In this document: positions 9,495 to 19,947 of the stretch, piece after piece
Layout of the letters: every line of letters starts with the position of its first letter
Position numbering within the stretch: position 1 is the stretch's first letter
NCBI GenBank assembly: GCA_963733035.1
Contig: CAVTBU010000005.1
Coordinates: 2,688,001 to 2,752,000, forward strand
From: Pirellulales bacterium
Lineage (GTDB): Bacteria > Planctomycetota > Planctomycetia > Pirellulales > PALSA-1355
Length of the DNA stretch: 64,000 nt
Reading direction: 5' to 3'
The notes under the pieces: model-generated
Database searches by the model: none
Told to the model about the DNA's origin: nothing
Seen by the model: only the letters and a program-made list of their open reading frames with translations
Translations under genes and position numbers: made by a program

Positions 9495-11303
9495 ATGAAC
9501 GGATTGAAACTGCTCGCCGTATGCGTTTTGCTCGCGACCGCCGCCGGGGCGTACGTGCAAGCCGCCGAACCGGCCGAACTGGCCGCCGAACGCCAACTCG
9601 ACGAGTTGATCGAACAATTGGGCGATCCGCAGTTCGCAATCCGTCAACGGGCCCAAGAGCGGCTCGTCAAATTGGGGTTCGACGCCTTCGACGCGCTTGT
9701 CAAGGCTGAGCAACATCCCGACCCCGAAGTCGCGATGCAGGCGGCCTATCTCGTCCGGCAGATTCGCTCGGGCTGGACTCGCGAAAGCGATCCGCGGCAG
9801 ATCCAAGAGATTCTCAAGGACTACGAGGTTCTGAGTGACGACGAGCGGTTGGCAAAAATCAAGGAGCTTGCGGAACTAGACAACGACGGTGGGCTGAAAT
9901 GGCTCTGCCGCCTGGTGCGATTCGAAAAGTCGCCAATTCTTTCCAAGCAAGCCGCGCTGGCCATCATGGAGCACGCGCCGGCCGACGAAACAGCCTGGGT
10001 GCGTCGTAGCGATACGATTCGCGCGGAATTGCAGCGCGCGCGCCGCCCCGCCGCAAGATGGCTGGAAGTCTATCTCGACGCTCGCAGCGACCCAGCAGGC
10101 GCCTTGGCGCCGTGGTCGGAATTGGCCGCAGCCGAACAACAAACTCTTGCGCAACATCCGCAAGAATCGAACAGCCAAGTGGTGATAGCTCTGCTCAAGC
10201 GCGAGGTCGATTTGTTCGATCGATTGGGCCGTCAGGACGAAACTGGCGACGTGATGCGGCAAATGGTCTTGGCTGAACGCGGCGACTCCGATTCGCTGGG
10301 CGAGCTCATCGATTGGCTCGTCAAGCGCCAGGCGTGGGATGTCGTCGATCAGGTGGCGGAACGCTTCTCGGCCAGCTTCGAAGTCGATGCCGTGCTGATG
10401 TACACCCTCTGCGAGGCTCGGTTGGCCCAGGGTAAAACCAAACTCGCCGAGGAGACGGCCAAACGAGCGCTTGAGATTCACGGCGACAGTCAACAGGACC
10501 ATGTGCTGTTGGCCAATCGCCTGGGTGACCGAGGCCTCGCGCGGTGGGCCGATCGCGAATGGGAATTCGCGATTGAACTGGGGCCCACGGGCACGCAGTG
10601 GGACATTGCCGCCCGCAAGCTGCTAGCCAATAGCCATCACGACCGTCAGGAAGACCGACAAGCTGGCGACTTGATCAAGGACCTGCTCGACTCGGCGGAA
10701 CAAGACAATAGTATCATGCAGAGGATCCGCGCAGCACAGGCGCAACAACGATTCGAGGCCAGCATCAACTCATTGCGGTCCGACATGCTGTTCTATTACG
10801 CCTGCGAGGCCGCGGCCGACGGCGACACCAAAAAGCAACGTGAAATGCTCGAGGAGTCTCTCGACCAGAATCGCGCGAACATCGAAGCACTCATCGCGCT
10901 GTATCAGGTCACGTCCGATGACCGCAAGATCCGCGACGAACTGACGCAATGGAGCCGGGAGTTCATCGAGCTCTGCCGAGGGCATATCGAGGACGAGCCG
11001 GAAAATCCAACCTACTACAATCAGATCGCCTGGTTGGTGGCCAACACCGAGGGGGATGTCGAGGAAGCCATCGAACTCTCGCAGAAATCAGTCGAGCTGG
11101 CACGAAGTCAAGGCGATCCACCACTTCGGCTGGGAGGGCTCTACGACACGCTGGCACATTGTTACTTCGCCAAGAAAGATTACGCCGCCGCGGTCAAAAC
11201 GCAGGAAGAGGCAGTCCGGCTCGACCCTCACACGCACTCGATCCGCCGGGCACTGGGCAAGTTCCGTGAGGCCTTGGCGAAACAGCAGGCCAAGAACTCG
11301 TAG
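9495..11303 (+). CDS. Secreted alpha-helical repeat (HEAT/TPR) protein
   Basis: Signal peptide, N-terminal LIEQLGDPQFAIRQRAQERL HEAT-like repeat, C-terminal TPRs (YNQIAWLVA, YDTLAHCYF..KDY). Confidence 0.75.
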   Translation: MNGLKLLAVCVLLATAAGAYVQAAEPAELAAERQLDELIEQLGDPQFAIRQRAQERLVKLGFDAFDALVKAEQHPDPEVAMQAAYLVRQIRSGWTRESDPRQIQEILKDYEVLSDDERLAKIKELAELDNDGGLKWLCRLVRFEKSPILSKQAALAIMEHAPADETAWVRRSDTIRAELQRARRPAARWLEVYLDARSDPAGALAPWSELAAAEQQTLAQHPQESNSQVVIALLKREVDLFDRLGRQDETGDVMRQMVLAERGDSDSLGELIDWLVKRQAWDVVDQVAERFSASFEVDAVLMYTLCEARLAQGKTKLAEETAKRALEIHGDSQQDHVLLANRLGDRGLARWADREWEFAIELGPTGTQWDIAARKLLANSHHDRQEDRQAGDLIKDLLDSAEQDNSIMQRIRAAQAQQRFEASINSLRSDMLFYYACEAAADGDTKKQREMLEESLDQNRANIEALIALYQVTSDDRKIRDELTQWSREFIELCRGHIEDEPENPTYYNQIAWLVANTEGDVEEAIELSQKSVELARSQGDPPLRLGGLYDTLAHCYFAKKDYAAAVKTQEEAVRLDPHTHSIRRALGKFREALAKQQAKNS

Positions 11304-11357
11304 AGCCGCGCCCGAGTTCCTGGCTGCCAGGAGTCGGATTTGCACCAGGAGGACAGC

Positions 11358-12202
11358 ATGTTCAAGAAGGACGACAAAGCTGCGCCGAGGGGCTGATACG
11401 CATCGTCCACGCCGCTGGCGCCAAATTCCAGGTTCTTGATCGCGGCACCGGGCAGCCCGTCGTGCTCGTACACGGGTTTCCACTCGATCATTCGATGTGG
11501 GACAACCAAATTGAGCCGTTGGCCAAGCGGCACCGCGTGATCGCGCTCGACTTGCGCGGATTCGGCGGCAGCCAAGTCACTCCCGGCGTGGTGACCATGG
11601 AGCAAATGGCCAACGACGTGGCCGCCGTGCTCGATGCGTTGAAAGTCGACGAACCGATCGTGCTGTGCGGACTTTCAATGGGCGGCTACGTGGCCTTTGA
11701 ATTCTGGCAAAAGTACGGCCCGCGGCTGCGCGGACTTGTGCTTTGCGACACCCGGGCCAAGGGCGATACCCCCGAGGGATCGCGAGGACGTCACGAGCTA
11801 GCTGATCGAATTCTGGCCGAAGGAAATGTTCCGCTGGCGGATGCAATGATTCCGAAGCTGTTTGCACCGGCAACGCTCGATCTGCACTCCGCAATGACGG
11901 CCATCCAGCGCGACCGCATCCTGGCGACTTCGCCTGAAGGCGCGGCAGCCGCGCTACGCGGGATGGCCGTTCGCGAAGATTTCCACAAGTTGCTTGCTTT
12001 TATAGCGCTGCCCACCTTGGTGATCGTCGGCGAACAGGATGCCATTTCGACGGTTTCCGACATGCGATCCCTTGCCGCCGCCATACCAAACGCCAGGCTT
12101 GTGATCATTCCACACGCCGGGCACATGACCCCGCTGGAAAACGCCGTCGCTTTCCAAACCGCGCTCGACCAATTCCTTGCTAGCCTCGGTCCGACGGTTT
12201 AG
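11358..12202 (+). CDS. Alpha/beta fold hydrolase (PcaD-like); apparent 1-nt deletion near 11384
   Basis: HGFP, GLSMGG nucleophile elbow, GEQD, GH. AGGAGGA RBS precedes ATG 11358, which is out of frame with the body of the gene. Confidence 0.85.
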
Positions 12203-12269
12203 GCCCTGACTTGCGGCGGAGCCCTCGGTGGAAACAGCGCCCGCATCGAACCGCGGGACCGTGACGACT

Positions 12270-12809
12270 CTACGGTACTTCGAACAGCGACTGGCTCTTT
12301 ACAATCGCATAGTCGTCCGGAAACGTATGAAACGCCTGCACCAACAGGCTGCGATTACGGGCTTCCAGGTTAATGTAACTGAGGGCGCCGAGGGCCATCC
12401 GACCGCTGGAATCAAAGCGGTGCAGCATGCCCTGATGCCCGACGTCGCCCGCTAATTCCTGTTGGAAGGTCCAAAAGACTTCCGGTTCGACCGGTTCGAG
12501 TTGAAAGTTCACCCGGTAGCGCGCGCCACCTCGGCAATCGACCTGATCGGTCCCCTCGCCCTTAAGTCGGCAGGAAATCAACCGTCGCTTCTGCGGCAAC
12601 GGATGATGCGCACTGGTGGCTACTTCCGTCAGCGTCAGCCCCTGATAACGCCAAGTGACAACGTGCCCGGCGCTGGTGATGTTCACCGTCGCCTCGTAAT
12701 CACCGCGCTGAACCGTCCGCGTGCTATACACCTTGAACAGTTCCGGGTGCAGAGCCCGGCCGTAAAGTTGAAACACCAGTTCAGCGACTTTCGGCCTAAC
12801 GGAGAGCAC
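12270..12809 (-). CDS. DUF2617-like conserved protein
   Basis: RPKVAELVFQLYGRALHPELF...FHTFPDDYAIVKSQSLFE pattern; RBS AGGAG upstream. Confidence 0.65.
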   Translation of the reverse strand: MLSVRPKVAELVFQLYGRALHPELFKVYSTRTVQRGDYEATVNITSAGHVVTWRYQGLTLTEVATSAHHPLPQKRRLISCRLKGEGTDQVDCRGGARYRVNFQLEPVEPEVFWTFQQELAGDVGHQGMLHRFDSSGRMALGALSYINLEARNRSLLVQAFHTFPDDYAIVKSQSLFEVP

Positions 12810-13170
12810 AGCACAGAACTCCTAGGAACGACCAAGGGGGGAGAGCGACGTGTGTCTGGCTCACATTATAAGCTCGCTCAACAGGCCGACAAAGAGACTT
12901 TTTCGCAGCGCACGATGGCGCCAGATTTGCGTCTTGACATGACGCCCGCGCGACGCTCGACATGGACACGTCGCTGCTAGCACAAGCCATCGATTCAGGA
13001 AGGAAATTCCGACTTATTTGCCATGCGCAATGGTCCTCGCCACCGCAGAAGCGTCCGCCCCGTTGCCACTTTGTTCGCAAGCGACGTCGCACGTAGCAAT
13101 ATTTCTGCAGCAACAGCATCAATAGCTGGTCGAGCCGCGACCGTTCAATGGTCACGTGTCGTGGTGCGAC

Positions 13171-13959
13171 TTACACCACGCTGACAAGAATATCGTAAAG
13201 CGCGTGCGTGCCGGCGGCGATTCCAAAGCCGCGGAAAACGAAGAGCACCGCGAACAGTGCCCCGGCGGTAAAACGAAACAGGAACGTGAACGCGTCAAAT
13301 GCATCGCCATGTGGGCCGACGTAGTGTGCGGCGGAGAAAATCAGGCTGGTCAAGATTACCACGCCCGCGATGCAGAACTCCCGTGGCGCCCGCAACCGTC
13401 GTGCCAGGAAAGCCAAGGGTGGCACCAACATCAGCCGAAACAACATCTCTTCGTAGACGCCCGCTCCGACGTACCCCAGCATCCGGGCCAGGAACGCGCC
13501 GCGTCCGGCCATTTCAAAAGGCATCGCCATCGTCACGCCGTCGGGCACACTTGGCAGCGCGCTGGCCGCAACCATGCCTTCGATGCGCGCCACGCCCACC
13601 AGCAATAACCCCAGTAGGGCGCTTTCCAATAGCATGCCGTAAACCACGCCGGCCGAGAGCCGCCACCGTTCGCGCGTCATGTGATGCCAGGCCAGGAGCA
13701 TCCCCACGGTCAGTGCGGGGAGTAAAAGGTACTGCGAGAAGCCAAGCGAATCGAGGAACTGCCGCAGCCATACGTCGGCGCCGTTTCGAACGGCCTGAGC
13801 GCCCAGAATGATGACGCCCCCTTCGTAGAGCAGCAACAGTGGCACGACGAATGCCAGGCTCGCCAGCGGCCGTCGCGATTGGCGCAGGTAGTTATCAAAC
13901 GGGCTGGATAAAGCCGCGCTACTGGTGCTCGACTTGGCAGCAGCACTCCTAACCGGCAT
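13171..13959 (-). CDS. CPBP family intramembrane glutamic endopeptidase (CAAX protease-like)
   Basis: Multi-TM; EEMLFR, FSAAH, THALYD motifs. Confidence 0.85.
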   Translation of the reverse strand: MPVRSAAAKSSTSSAALSSPFDNYLRQSRRPLASLAFVVPLLLLYEGGVIILGAQAVRNGADVWLRQFLDSLGFSQYLLLPALTVGMLLAWHHMTRERWRLSAGVVYGMLLESALLGLLLVGVARIEGMVAASALPSVPDGVTMAMPFEMAGRGAFLARMLGYVGAGVYEEMLFRLMLVPPLAFLARRLRAPREFCIAGVVILTSLIFSAAHYVGPHGDAFDAFTFLFRFTAGALFAVLFVFRGFGIAAGTHALYDILVSVV

Positions 13960-14193
13960 AAGACGTCTCGTTTCACATTGCTCGGCTGCATCACAGTCCA
14001 GGATCCTTCTGGAACCCAATTTAGCTTGTCGACCCCGTCGCGCTCGTCGCTTCACCCGCGGTGCGATCGTGTCAGTCGAACCGACCCGAGAAAGCAGAAC
14101 GCGGCCTCAAACGAGCGGATTGCGCAGGCTGTAACGAACGACCGGAAGAGCCAGGGGGAGACGGGGCAAGCCGAGCCGCTGTTCGCAACCAAC

Positions 14194-15375
14194 TCAGCTT
14201 TCGGTCAATCCGGCGGGCGACATTTCACCTAGATGGTAGAACGCCAGCGCCACAATGGCATACACAGCCAACAGCATCACGCCTTCCAACCAATGGCTCT
14301 CGCCGTCCTGTGCCACGAGCGCGAGCACGGCGATCGACACGATGACAGCCACGATTTCCATCAGCGTGAAGTGCAAATCGAGTGGTTGCTCGTGCCACAT
14401 CAACATACTGGCGAATACCAGCACGGGGGCAACAAACAAGGCGATTTGAATGCCGCTTCCCACGGCGATGTTTACGGCCAGGTCCATCTTGTTCTTGAGC
14501 GCCATCAACACCGCCGTGGAATGCTCCGCGGCGTTGCCCACAATTGCCACCACAATCACTCCCACAAACACGCGGCTCATTCCCAGCTCGCGCGCGGCCG
14601 CCTCGACCGACCCAACGAGCATCTCAGCCACGATGGCCACCCCAACGGTTGACACCGTCAGCACCGCGAGGGCGTAGGGGCGCGACCAATGGGAATCGTC
14701 ATCTTGTGGATCTTGCGAGGTCGTGTCGGACCCTGCTTCGCCGTCGAACAACCTGCGATGCGTGACAAACATGAATACCAGACTCAGCACATACACCAAC
14801 GCAAGGATGGCGGCGATCTCCTCGCTCAAGAACTCAACCGTGGCCATCTGTCCCGCGTCCAGCGGTCGCGCAGCCGCGAACACGTAGTAATACAGCGTCG
14901 GCATGATCAAGCCGATCGTGGCTAGCGCGAGTAACGTGGCCCCCATGCTGGCAGCCTGGGAGTTGAAATGCTGGAATTGATATCGAATGCCGCCGACGGT
15001 AATCGACAAACCCAACACCAAGAGCAGGTTGCAAATAATCGAGCCGGTGATCGAGGCCTTAACCAGGGGATACATCTCGGGACCTTCCCACAGGGCCACG
15101 AGCGCGATAATCAGTTCGGCTGCGTTGCCAAAGCTGGCATTGAGCAATCCGCCAATCCCGCTGCCAAGCGTCGCAGCCAGACTCTCGGTCGCGCGGCCCA
15201 TTAGCCCCGCCAGCGGCACGACCGCTAACGCCGAAGCGAGAAACACCCACAGGTCGTCCCTACCGGCAATTCGCAGCGCCAGCGCCAAGGGAAAAGCAAC
15301 CAACAGGCCATCGAGCGGGTGCTCGACCATCCACCGTTTCACTTTGATGAACCAGGATCCCGATGCGCTGGACAT
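14194..15375 (-). CDS. cax: Ca2+/H+ antiporter (CAX family)
   Basis: Alpha repeats [14 protein letters not shown] and AIVGNAAEH; ~11 TM segments. Confidence 0.9.
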   Translation of the reverse strand: MSSASGSWFIKVKRWMVEHPLDGLLVAFPLALALRIAGRDDLWVFLASALAVVPLAGLMGRATESLAATLGSGIGGLLNASFGNAAELIIALVALWEGPEMYPLVKASITGSIICNLLLVLGLSITVGGIRYQFQHFNSQAASMGATLLALATIGLIMPTLYYYVFAAARPLDAGQMATVEFLSEEIAAILALVYVLSLVFMFVTHRRLFDGEAGSDTTSQDPQDDDSHWSRPYALAVLTVSTVGVAIVAEMLVGSVEAAARELGMSRVFVGVIVVAIVGNAAEHSTAVLMALKNKMDLAVNIAVGSGIQIALFVAPVLVFASMLMWHEQPLDLHFTLMEIVAVIVSIAVLALVAQDGESHWLEGVMLLAVYAIVALAFYHLGEMSPAGLTES

Positions 15376-15441
15376 TTGCGCGGCCCTCCATGTTGCGAGT
15401 CGGCGGGCTCATCGTATCCCGGTCGGCCGACGTGGCAAGCC

Positions 15442-16059
15442 CTAGCACTCGCAGATCTCGCGAGTCGCGAGCACGTGAGATCCTTCCCATAGCAGGTAGG
15501 CGGCTATCACCAGCCCTGCCAGCGGATCTGCCTGCCACCAGCCGGCCCAGTAGTTCAGCCCCGCCCCCATCAACAACGCCACCGACAGCATGGAACAAGC
15601 CAAGGTTTGCTTCGAGTCAGCCGACAGACTTGCGCTGCCGATAGCTTGCGCGATGTGGCGCTTCCAAAAGTAGAGTGTTGGCATCACGATCAGCGACAGC
15701 GTAGCAATAATCAAAGCTGCCAGCGACGGCTCCGCTTGCTCACTTGTCCAGAGAGATGCTACCGACTCGTAAACGACATAGATGGCCAGCACAACGAGCG
15801 ACAAACCAACCAGACGCGCGGCGCGGTGTTCACGCTCCGGCGCACCCTGAGGCCGCCAAAAGCGCCACGCCATCACCGCGCCCGAGAATGATTCGACGAC
15901 GCTGTCGGCCCCAAATCCCAAGAGGGCCGAACTATCGCGCAGCGACGCGAAGTAGATTGACGCGGCGCCTTCCGCCAGATTGTAGGCAACCGTGAACAGC
16001 GACAGATATAGCGCCGCGCGCCCGTGACCCGCAATCGTCCTGCCGAGAGAATCGCCCAT
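15442..16059 (-). CDS. Cation diffusion facilitator-like membrane protein (short form, no C-terminal domain)
   Basis: [28 protein letters not shown] motifs; 6 TM segments. Confidence 0.75.
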   Translation of the reverse strand: MGDSLGRTIAGHGRAALYLSLFTVAYNLAEGAASIYFASLRDSSALLGFGADSVVESFSGAVMAWRFWRPQGAPEREHRAARLVGLSLVVLAIYVVYESVASLWTSEQAEPSLAALIIATLSLIVMPTLYFWKRHIAQAIGSASLSADSKQTLACSMLSVALLMGAGLNYWAGWWQADPLAGLVIAAYLLWEGSHVLATREICEC

Positions 16060-16102
16060 CGAATCCCATTCTAGCAGTCCGCTCCACCGTTTTTGGCCGC
16101 CC

Positions 16103-16137
16103 TTGCCTCGATCTCACCAATAGTGTACATTTGTATC
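16103..16137 (+). promoter_or_regulatory. Sigma70 promoter overlapped by an imperfect palindrome (candidate SOS box)
   Basis: TTGCCT (16103-08)-N17-TACATT (16126-31); TGTAC-ATTT-GTATC at 16124-16137. Confidence 0.45.
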
Positions 16138-16165
16138 GATATCCAGGGTTTGAGAGAACTTGCGC

Positions 16166-17251
16166 ATGTCCTGCTCTTCCGGACAACCCATGCCGACAGG
16201 CCGCGCCGCGGGCGTCAATCCCGCAAATCGCTTCGAGCATGTTCACCTCCAGGAAGACTTCGAACAGCTCGATCCGGCCGAGCCGCTGGCGGAAAGTGTG
16301 CGGCTACCGACGCAGTTCCTACCGGACCATAGTCGAACGGTCATCTCGCACAACGAAAGTCCGGACGTGCCGTTTCGCTACAGCATCAATCCATATCGCG
16401 GCTGTGAGCATGGCTGTGCCTATTGCTACGCCAGACCCGGCCACGAATACCTGGGCATGAACGCCGGGTTGGATTTCGAATCGCGGATTCTTGTCAAGCA
16501 CGACATTGCCGAGCGGCTGCGAGCCGAGTTGGCCGAGCCTGATTGGCAGGGCGAGCTTATCGCGGTTTCCGGCGTGACCGATTGCTATCAACCGGCCGAA
16601 CGGCGGTTTCGTCTGACACGGGCTTGTTTGGAAATCATGCTCGAGACACGACAACCGCTGGGCATCGTCACCAAGAACGCGTTGGTAACGCGCGATCTCG
16701 ACCTGTTGGTGCCGCTGGCGGAAAAAAATCTGATCCACGTCTACGTCAGCCTGACGACGCTCGACGCGGAACTGGCGCGAGCCATGGAACCGCGCACGGC
16801 AACACCCATGGCCCGACTGCGAGCGATTCGAGAGCTTTCCGCGGCCGGAGTGCCCACGGGCGTGATGACGTCACCGGTCATCCCGGGATTGAATGATCAA
16901 GAGCTGCCCGCTCTGTTGGCCGCGGCCAAACAGTCTGGCGCGCAAGCGGCCAGTTGCATCCTGTTGCGACTTCCAATGGCCGTGCGACCGGTGTTCGAAG
17001 AATGGATCAATCGAGCTTATCCAGACAAGGCAAGTCGCGTCTTGGCACTGGTGCGCGAGACACGCGGAGGTCGAATGAACGATGCGAGGTTCGGTAGCCG
17101 CATGCGAGGCGAAGGCAACTATGCACAAGGTATTGCCGAAACCTTCCAGCTCTTTCGCAAGAGACATGGCCTCGACCGACCTTTACGGCCGCTCGATCAT
17201 TCGCAGTTCAACCCGCCGCAGCCCACCACTGGGCAACTGCGGCTGTTTTAG
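16166..17251 (+). CDS. Radical SAM protein, PA0069/Rv2578c (SplB-like) family
   Basis: NPYRGCEHGCAYCYAR CxxxCxxC motif; TDCYQPAE; C-terminal GQLRLF clamp-binding-like motif. Confidence 0.9.
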   Translation: MSCSSGQPMPTGRAAGVNPANRFEHVHLQEDFEQLDPAEPLAESVRLPTQFLPDHSRTVISHNESPDVPFRYSINPYRGCEHGCAYCYARPGHEYLGMNAGLDFESRILVKHDIAERLRAELAEPDWQGELIAVSGVTDCYQPAERRFRLTRACLEIMLETRQPLGIVTKNALVTRDLDLLVPLAEKNLIHVYVSLTTLDAELARAMEPRTATPMARLRAIRELSAAGVPTGVMTSPVIPGLNDQELPALLAAAKQSGAQAASCILLRLPMAVRPVFEEWINRAYPDKASRVLALVRETRGGRMNDARFGSRMRGEGNYAQGIAETFQLFRKRHGLDRPLRPLDHSQFNPPQPTTGQLRLF

Positions 17252-17373
17252 CTATTCGGCCACACGCGAGGTGGCGAAATGGCACCACATTCGCGACAAT
17301 CTGCCAAGATGGTTGTGCTCGTAGCGAATGCGCTCCCATCGGCTTCCGTCTCGCCGTTTCTTGGATCCTCCGT

Positions 17374-18165
17374 ATGTCATCCAACACCTCCGCGATCGAA
17401 ACCGCCGGGCCCTGGCGAAACGTCCACGGGCTGCGAGTGCGCGAAGTCCAGTATCGCGCCGGAAGCCAGCAACTTCGTCATCGCCACGCCGAGCCAGGAC
17501 TATCACTTGTGTTGGCTGGGTCGCTGGAAGAGAAGTCGCGCGAGGCGACCATTCATGCCGAGGCAGGTTCGCTCGTGATCAAACCGGCGGGCTATTGGCA
17601 TGCCGACGCCTACGGTCCGCGGGGTGCCCGCGTGGTACAAGTTTCGCCAGCGGACAAAAGCGCATGTTGGAGCGACTTCGGCTGGGCGTACCGATGGCAA
17701 GACGCCCCTCGACTCGTGCGCCATGTGTTAGCCCTGTGGCGCGGGAGGCCCCGGGCAGGCGAAGGAACTGAACTTGCTTTCTGGGAAACGCTCGAGACGA
17801 TGCTCCCCTCGATCTCGAATTGGCAATCGACGCGGTCGCCGGCCTGGTGGCGCGATGCGCTGGACCTGCTCGACGCAGCGGCAGCTTCGCCAGTTTCCGT
17901 GTCGGATGTGGCCCACAAGGTCGGAGTACACCCGGTCCACCTGGCCCGGGTCTGCCGCCGCCAGCTAGGATGCAGTGTGCGGCAGTATTTACTTCAACGC
18001 CGGACGCTCAGCGCCTGGCGCGCTTGCGAACGTGGCACCGACTCGCTGGCGGCCATTGCCGCGCGGGTCGGCTTCGCCGATCAGGCGCACATGACGCGGA
18101 CGTTCACGAAGCTGCTCGGCATTTCTCCAGCAAAGCTGCGACAAGCGATGCGCGCAACGAATTGA
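17374..18165 (+). CDS. AraC family transcriptional regulator
   Basis: N-terminal cupin (HRH...HAD); C-terminal GVHPVHLAR...LAAIAARVGFADQAHMTRTF. Confidence 0.9.
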   Translation: MSSNTSAIETAGPWRNVHGLRVREVQYRAGSQQLRHRHAEPGLSLVLAGSLEEKSREATIHAEAGSLVIKPAGYWHADAYGPRGARVVQVSPADKSACWSDFGWAYRWQDAPRLVRHVLALWRGRPRAGEGTELAFWETLETMLPSISNWQSTRSPAWWRDALDLLDAAAASPVSVSDVAHKVGVHPVHLARVCRRQLGCSVRQYLLQRRTLSAWRACERGTDSLAAIAARVGFADQAHMTRTFTKLLGISPAKLRQAMRATN

Positions 18166-18298
18166 ACACCGTCAGGCGATCGCGGCCGAAGTTGCGTCTG
18201 TTCAAGACGCTGCCGCGGTGCCCTGCCAGAATACGGCAACTAGACATGGGCCATCCCCCTGCGGTTCGCCAGTTTCTCACACAACAAGGGTTTTCGCC

Positions 18299-19834
18299 GT
18301 GCGCTTTGCAACTCTCACCGCCGTTTGTTTCTTACTGGTCAGTGGCCTGTTGCGCGGTGCTGAACCTCGCCCGCTGTCGCCGCAAAGCGACGAGACCATT
18401 GTACCTGCCGACTGGCAGGCCCTGCACGATCGCTGGCAAGCGGCCGTCAAAGAACTCCGTATTCCAGGCTTGGCGGTTGTCGCCGTCAAGGGCGGTGAGG
18501 TGGTGTTGCTCGATACGATCGGCGTTTGCGATCCCATCGGCAATCAGCCAGTCACGCCGCGCTCGCCGTTTTACCTGGCATCGGTCACCAAGTCGTTCAC
18601 GGCCCTCGGCGTGGCAATTCTTGTCGACGAAGGCAAAATCAAGCTCGATGAACCCGTGAAAACGTACTTGCCGCGCTTCACGCTGGCCGACAAAGAACTG
18701 GCCGCAAACATTTCTGTCCGCGACCTGTTGTCGCATCGTTACGGCCTGGATAGCAGTCCGATCAGCATGGCCGAGGCGTATTTTGGCAATATCACGGAGG
18801 ACCGCTACTACTTCCTGCTACAGTTTGTCGAGCCGCTCGGGAAATTCTCCTACAGCAACCTGCACTACACGCTGGCTGGGCGGATCATCCAGGCGGTGAG
18901 CGGGAAGCCGTGGCAGGATTTTCTTGCCGAGCGCGTTTTCACGCCATTGGGGATGCGCGATTCGACGTGCTATGCCAGCCGTTTGTATGCCAACCCGATG
19001 GCGGCCTGGCCGATTGTCGAGGACCACGGCAAGTGGAAGGTGGCACCGCTAGTCAAAAATGACGCCGTCATGCACGCGGCTGGAGGCATGGGTGCTAGCG
19101 CCGCCGATATGAGTCACTGGCTCCGGTTTCAAATCACGGGCAAAACGCCCAGCGGCCAGTCGTTGATCTCCCCCAAGCTGCTGCGCGACGTTCAAACGCA
19201 GCAGGTCGTCGATGGTTCCTCGGACTCTGCCAAGTCCTCCAGTATCAAGCGCGATGGCTATTCGCTCGGCTGGTTCACTGGCACGTTTCATGGGCGGCGG
19301 TATCTGACCCACGGCGGCGGCTACGTCGGTACGGCCACCTACGTTTCCTTCTTGCCCGATGACAAACTGGGTGTTGCCGTGCTGATGAACGAAGGTTCGC
19401 CGAACGCGATGTTCCCCAGCGTCGTCGCCAGCGACGTCTACGGCAAACTGCTTGGCGAAAGTCTACCAGACCAGTTGCCGCGGGCGCGCGAGGTGGCGGC
19501 ACTTGTACGCCAGAAAATGTCCGAGCGCGTGGAACTCCATTGGAACGAATTCGCGAGCGGAGCGGGGCTTAGTCAACCGATCGAGCGATATGCGGGCACG
19601 TACCAAAGCCCATTCTGGGGCGAGCTGCACGTGTCCGTGGCCGACAATAAACTCGTTCTGCGCATCGGCGGTCTGAAACTCCGTGGTCACGGACTCGGTG
19701 ACGATCGACTTCGCCTGCAACTGCTTCCGGGCGACATCCTGGAAGGCTCGTTCCGCCTGAACGACGCCGAGCAAGTAACGGATATGGTCGTGCAGACGCC
19801 TGAGGGCGAGGCCGAATTGCGCAAGATCCGCTAG
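18299..19834 (+). CDS. Secreted serine hydrolase (beta-lactamase family) with DUF3471-like C-terminal domain
   Basis: Signal peptide; ASVTK; LLSHR; YSN; HGGG; C-terminal YAGTYQSPFWG. Confidence 0.85.
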   Translation: MRFATLTAVCFLLVSGLLRGAEPRPLSPQSDETIVPADWQALHDRWQAAVKELRIPGLAVVAVKGGEVVLLDTIGVCDPIGNQPVTPRSPFYLASVTKSFTALGVAILVDEGKIKLDEPVKTYLPRFTLADKELAANISVRDLLSHRYGLDSSPISMAEAYFGNITEDRYYFLLQFVEPLGKFSYSNLHYTLAGRIIQAVSGKPWQDFLAERVFTPLGMRDSTCYASRLYANPMAAWPIVEDHGKWKVAPLVKNDAVMHAAGGMGASAADMSHWLRFQITGKTPSGQSLISPKLLRDVQTQQVVDGSSDSAKSSSIKRDGYSLGWFTGTFHGRRYLTHGGGYVGTATYVSFLPDDKLGVAVLMNEGSPNAMFPSVVASDVYGKLLGESLPDQLPRAREVAALVRQKMSERVELHWNEFASGAGLSQPIERYAGTYQSPFWGELHVSVADNKLVLRIGGLKLRGHGLGDDRLRLQLLPGDILEGSFRLNDAEQVTDMVVQTPEGEAELRKIR

Positions 19835-19947
19835 AACACGACGGCCCGGCTCCCGCACAATCACCGCTCCCTTGCGCACGACGCATTGCGTACAATTCAC
19901 GGTTGTCTCGATCCGTCAACCGCCTTGTACGCCGCGCGGTGTTTGTC

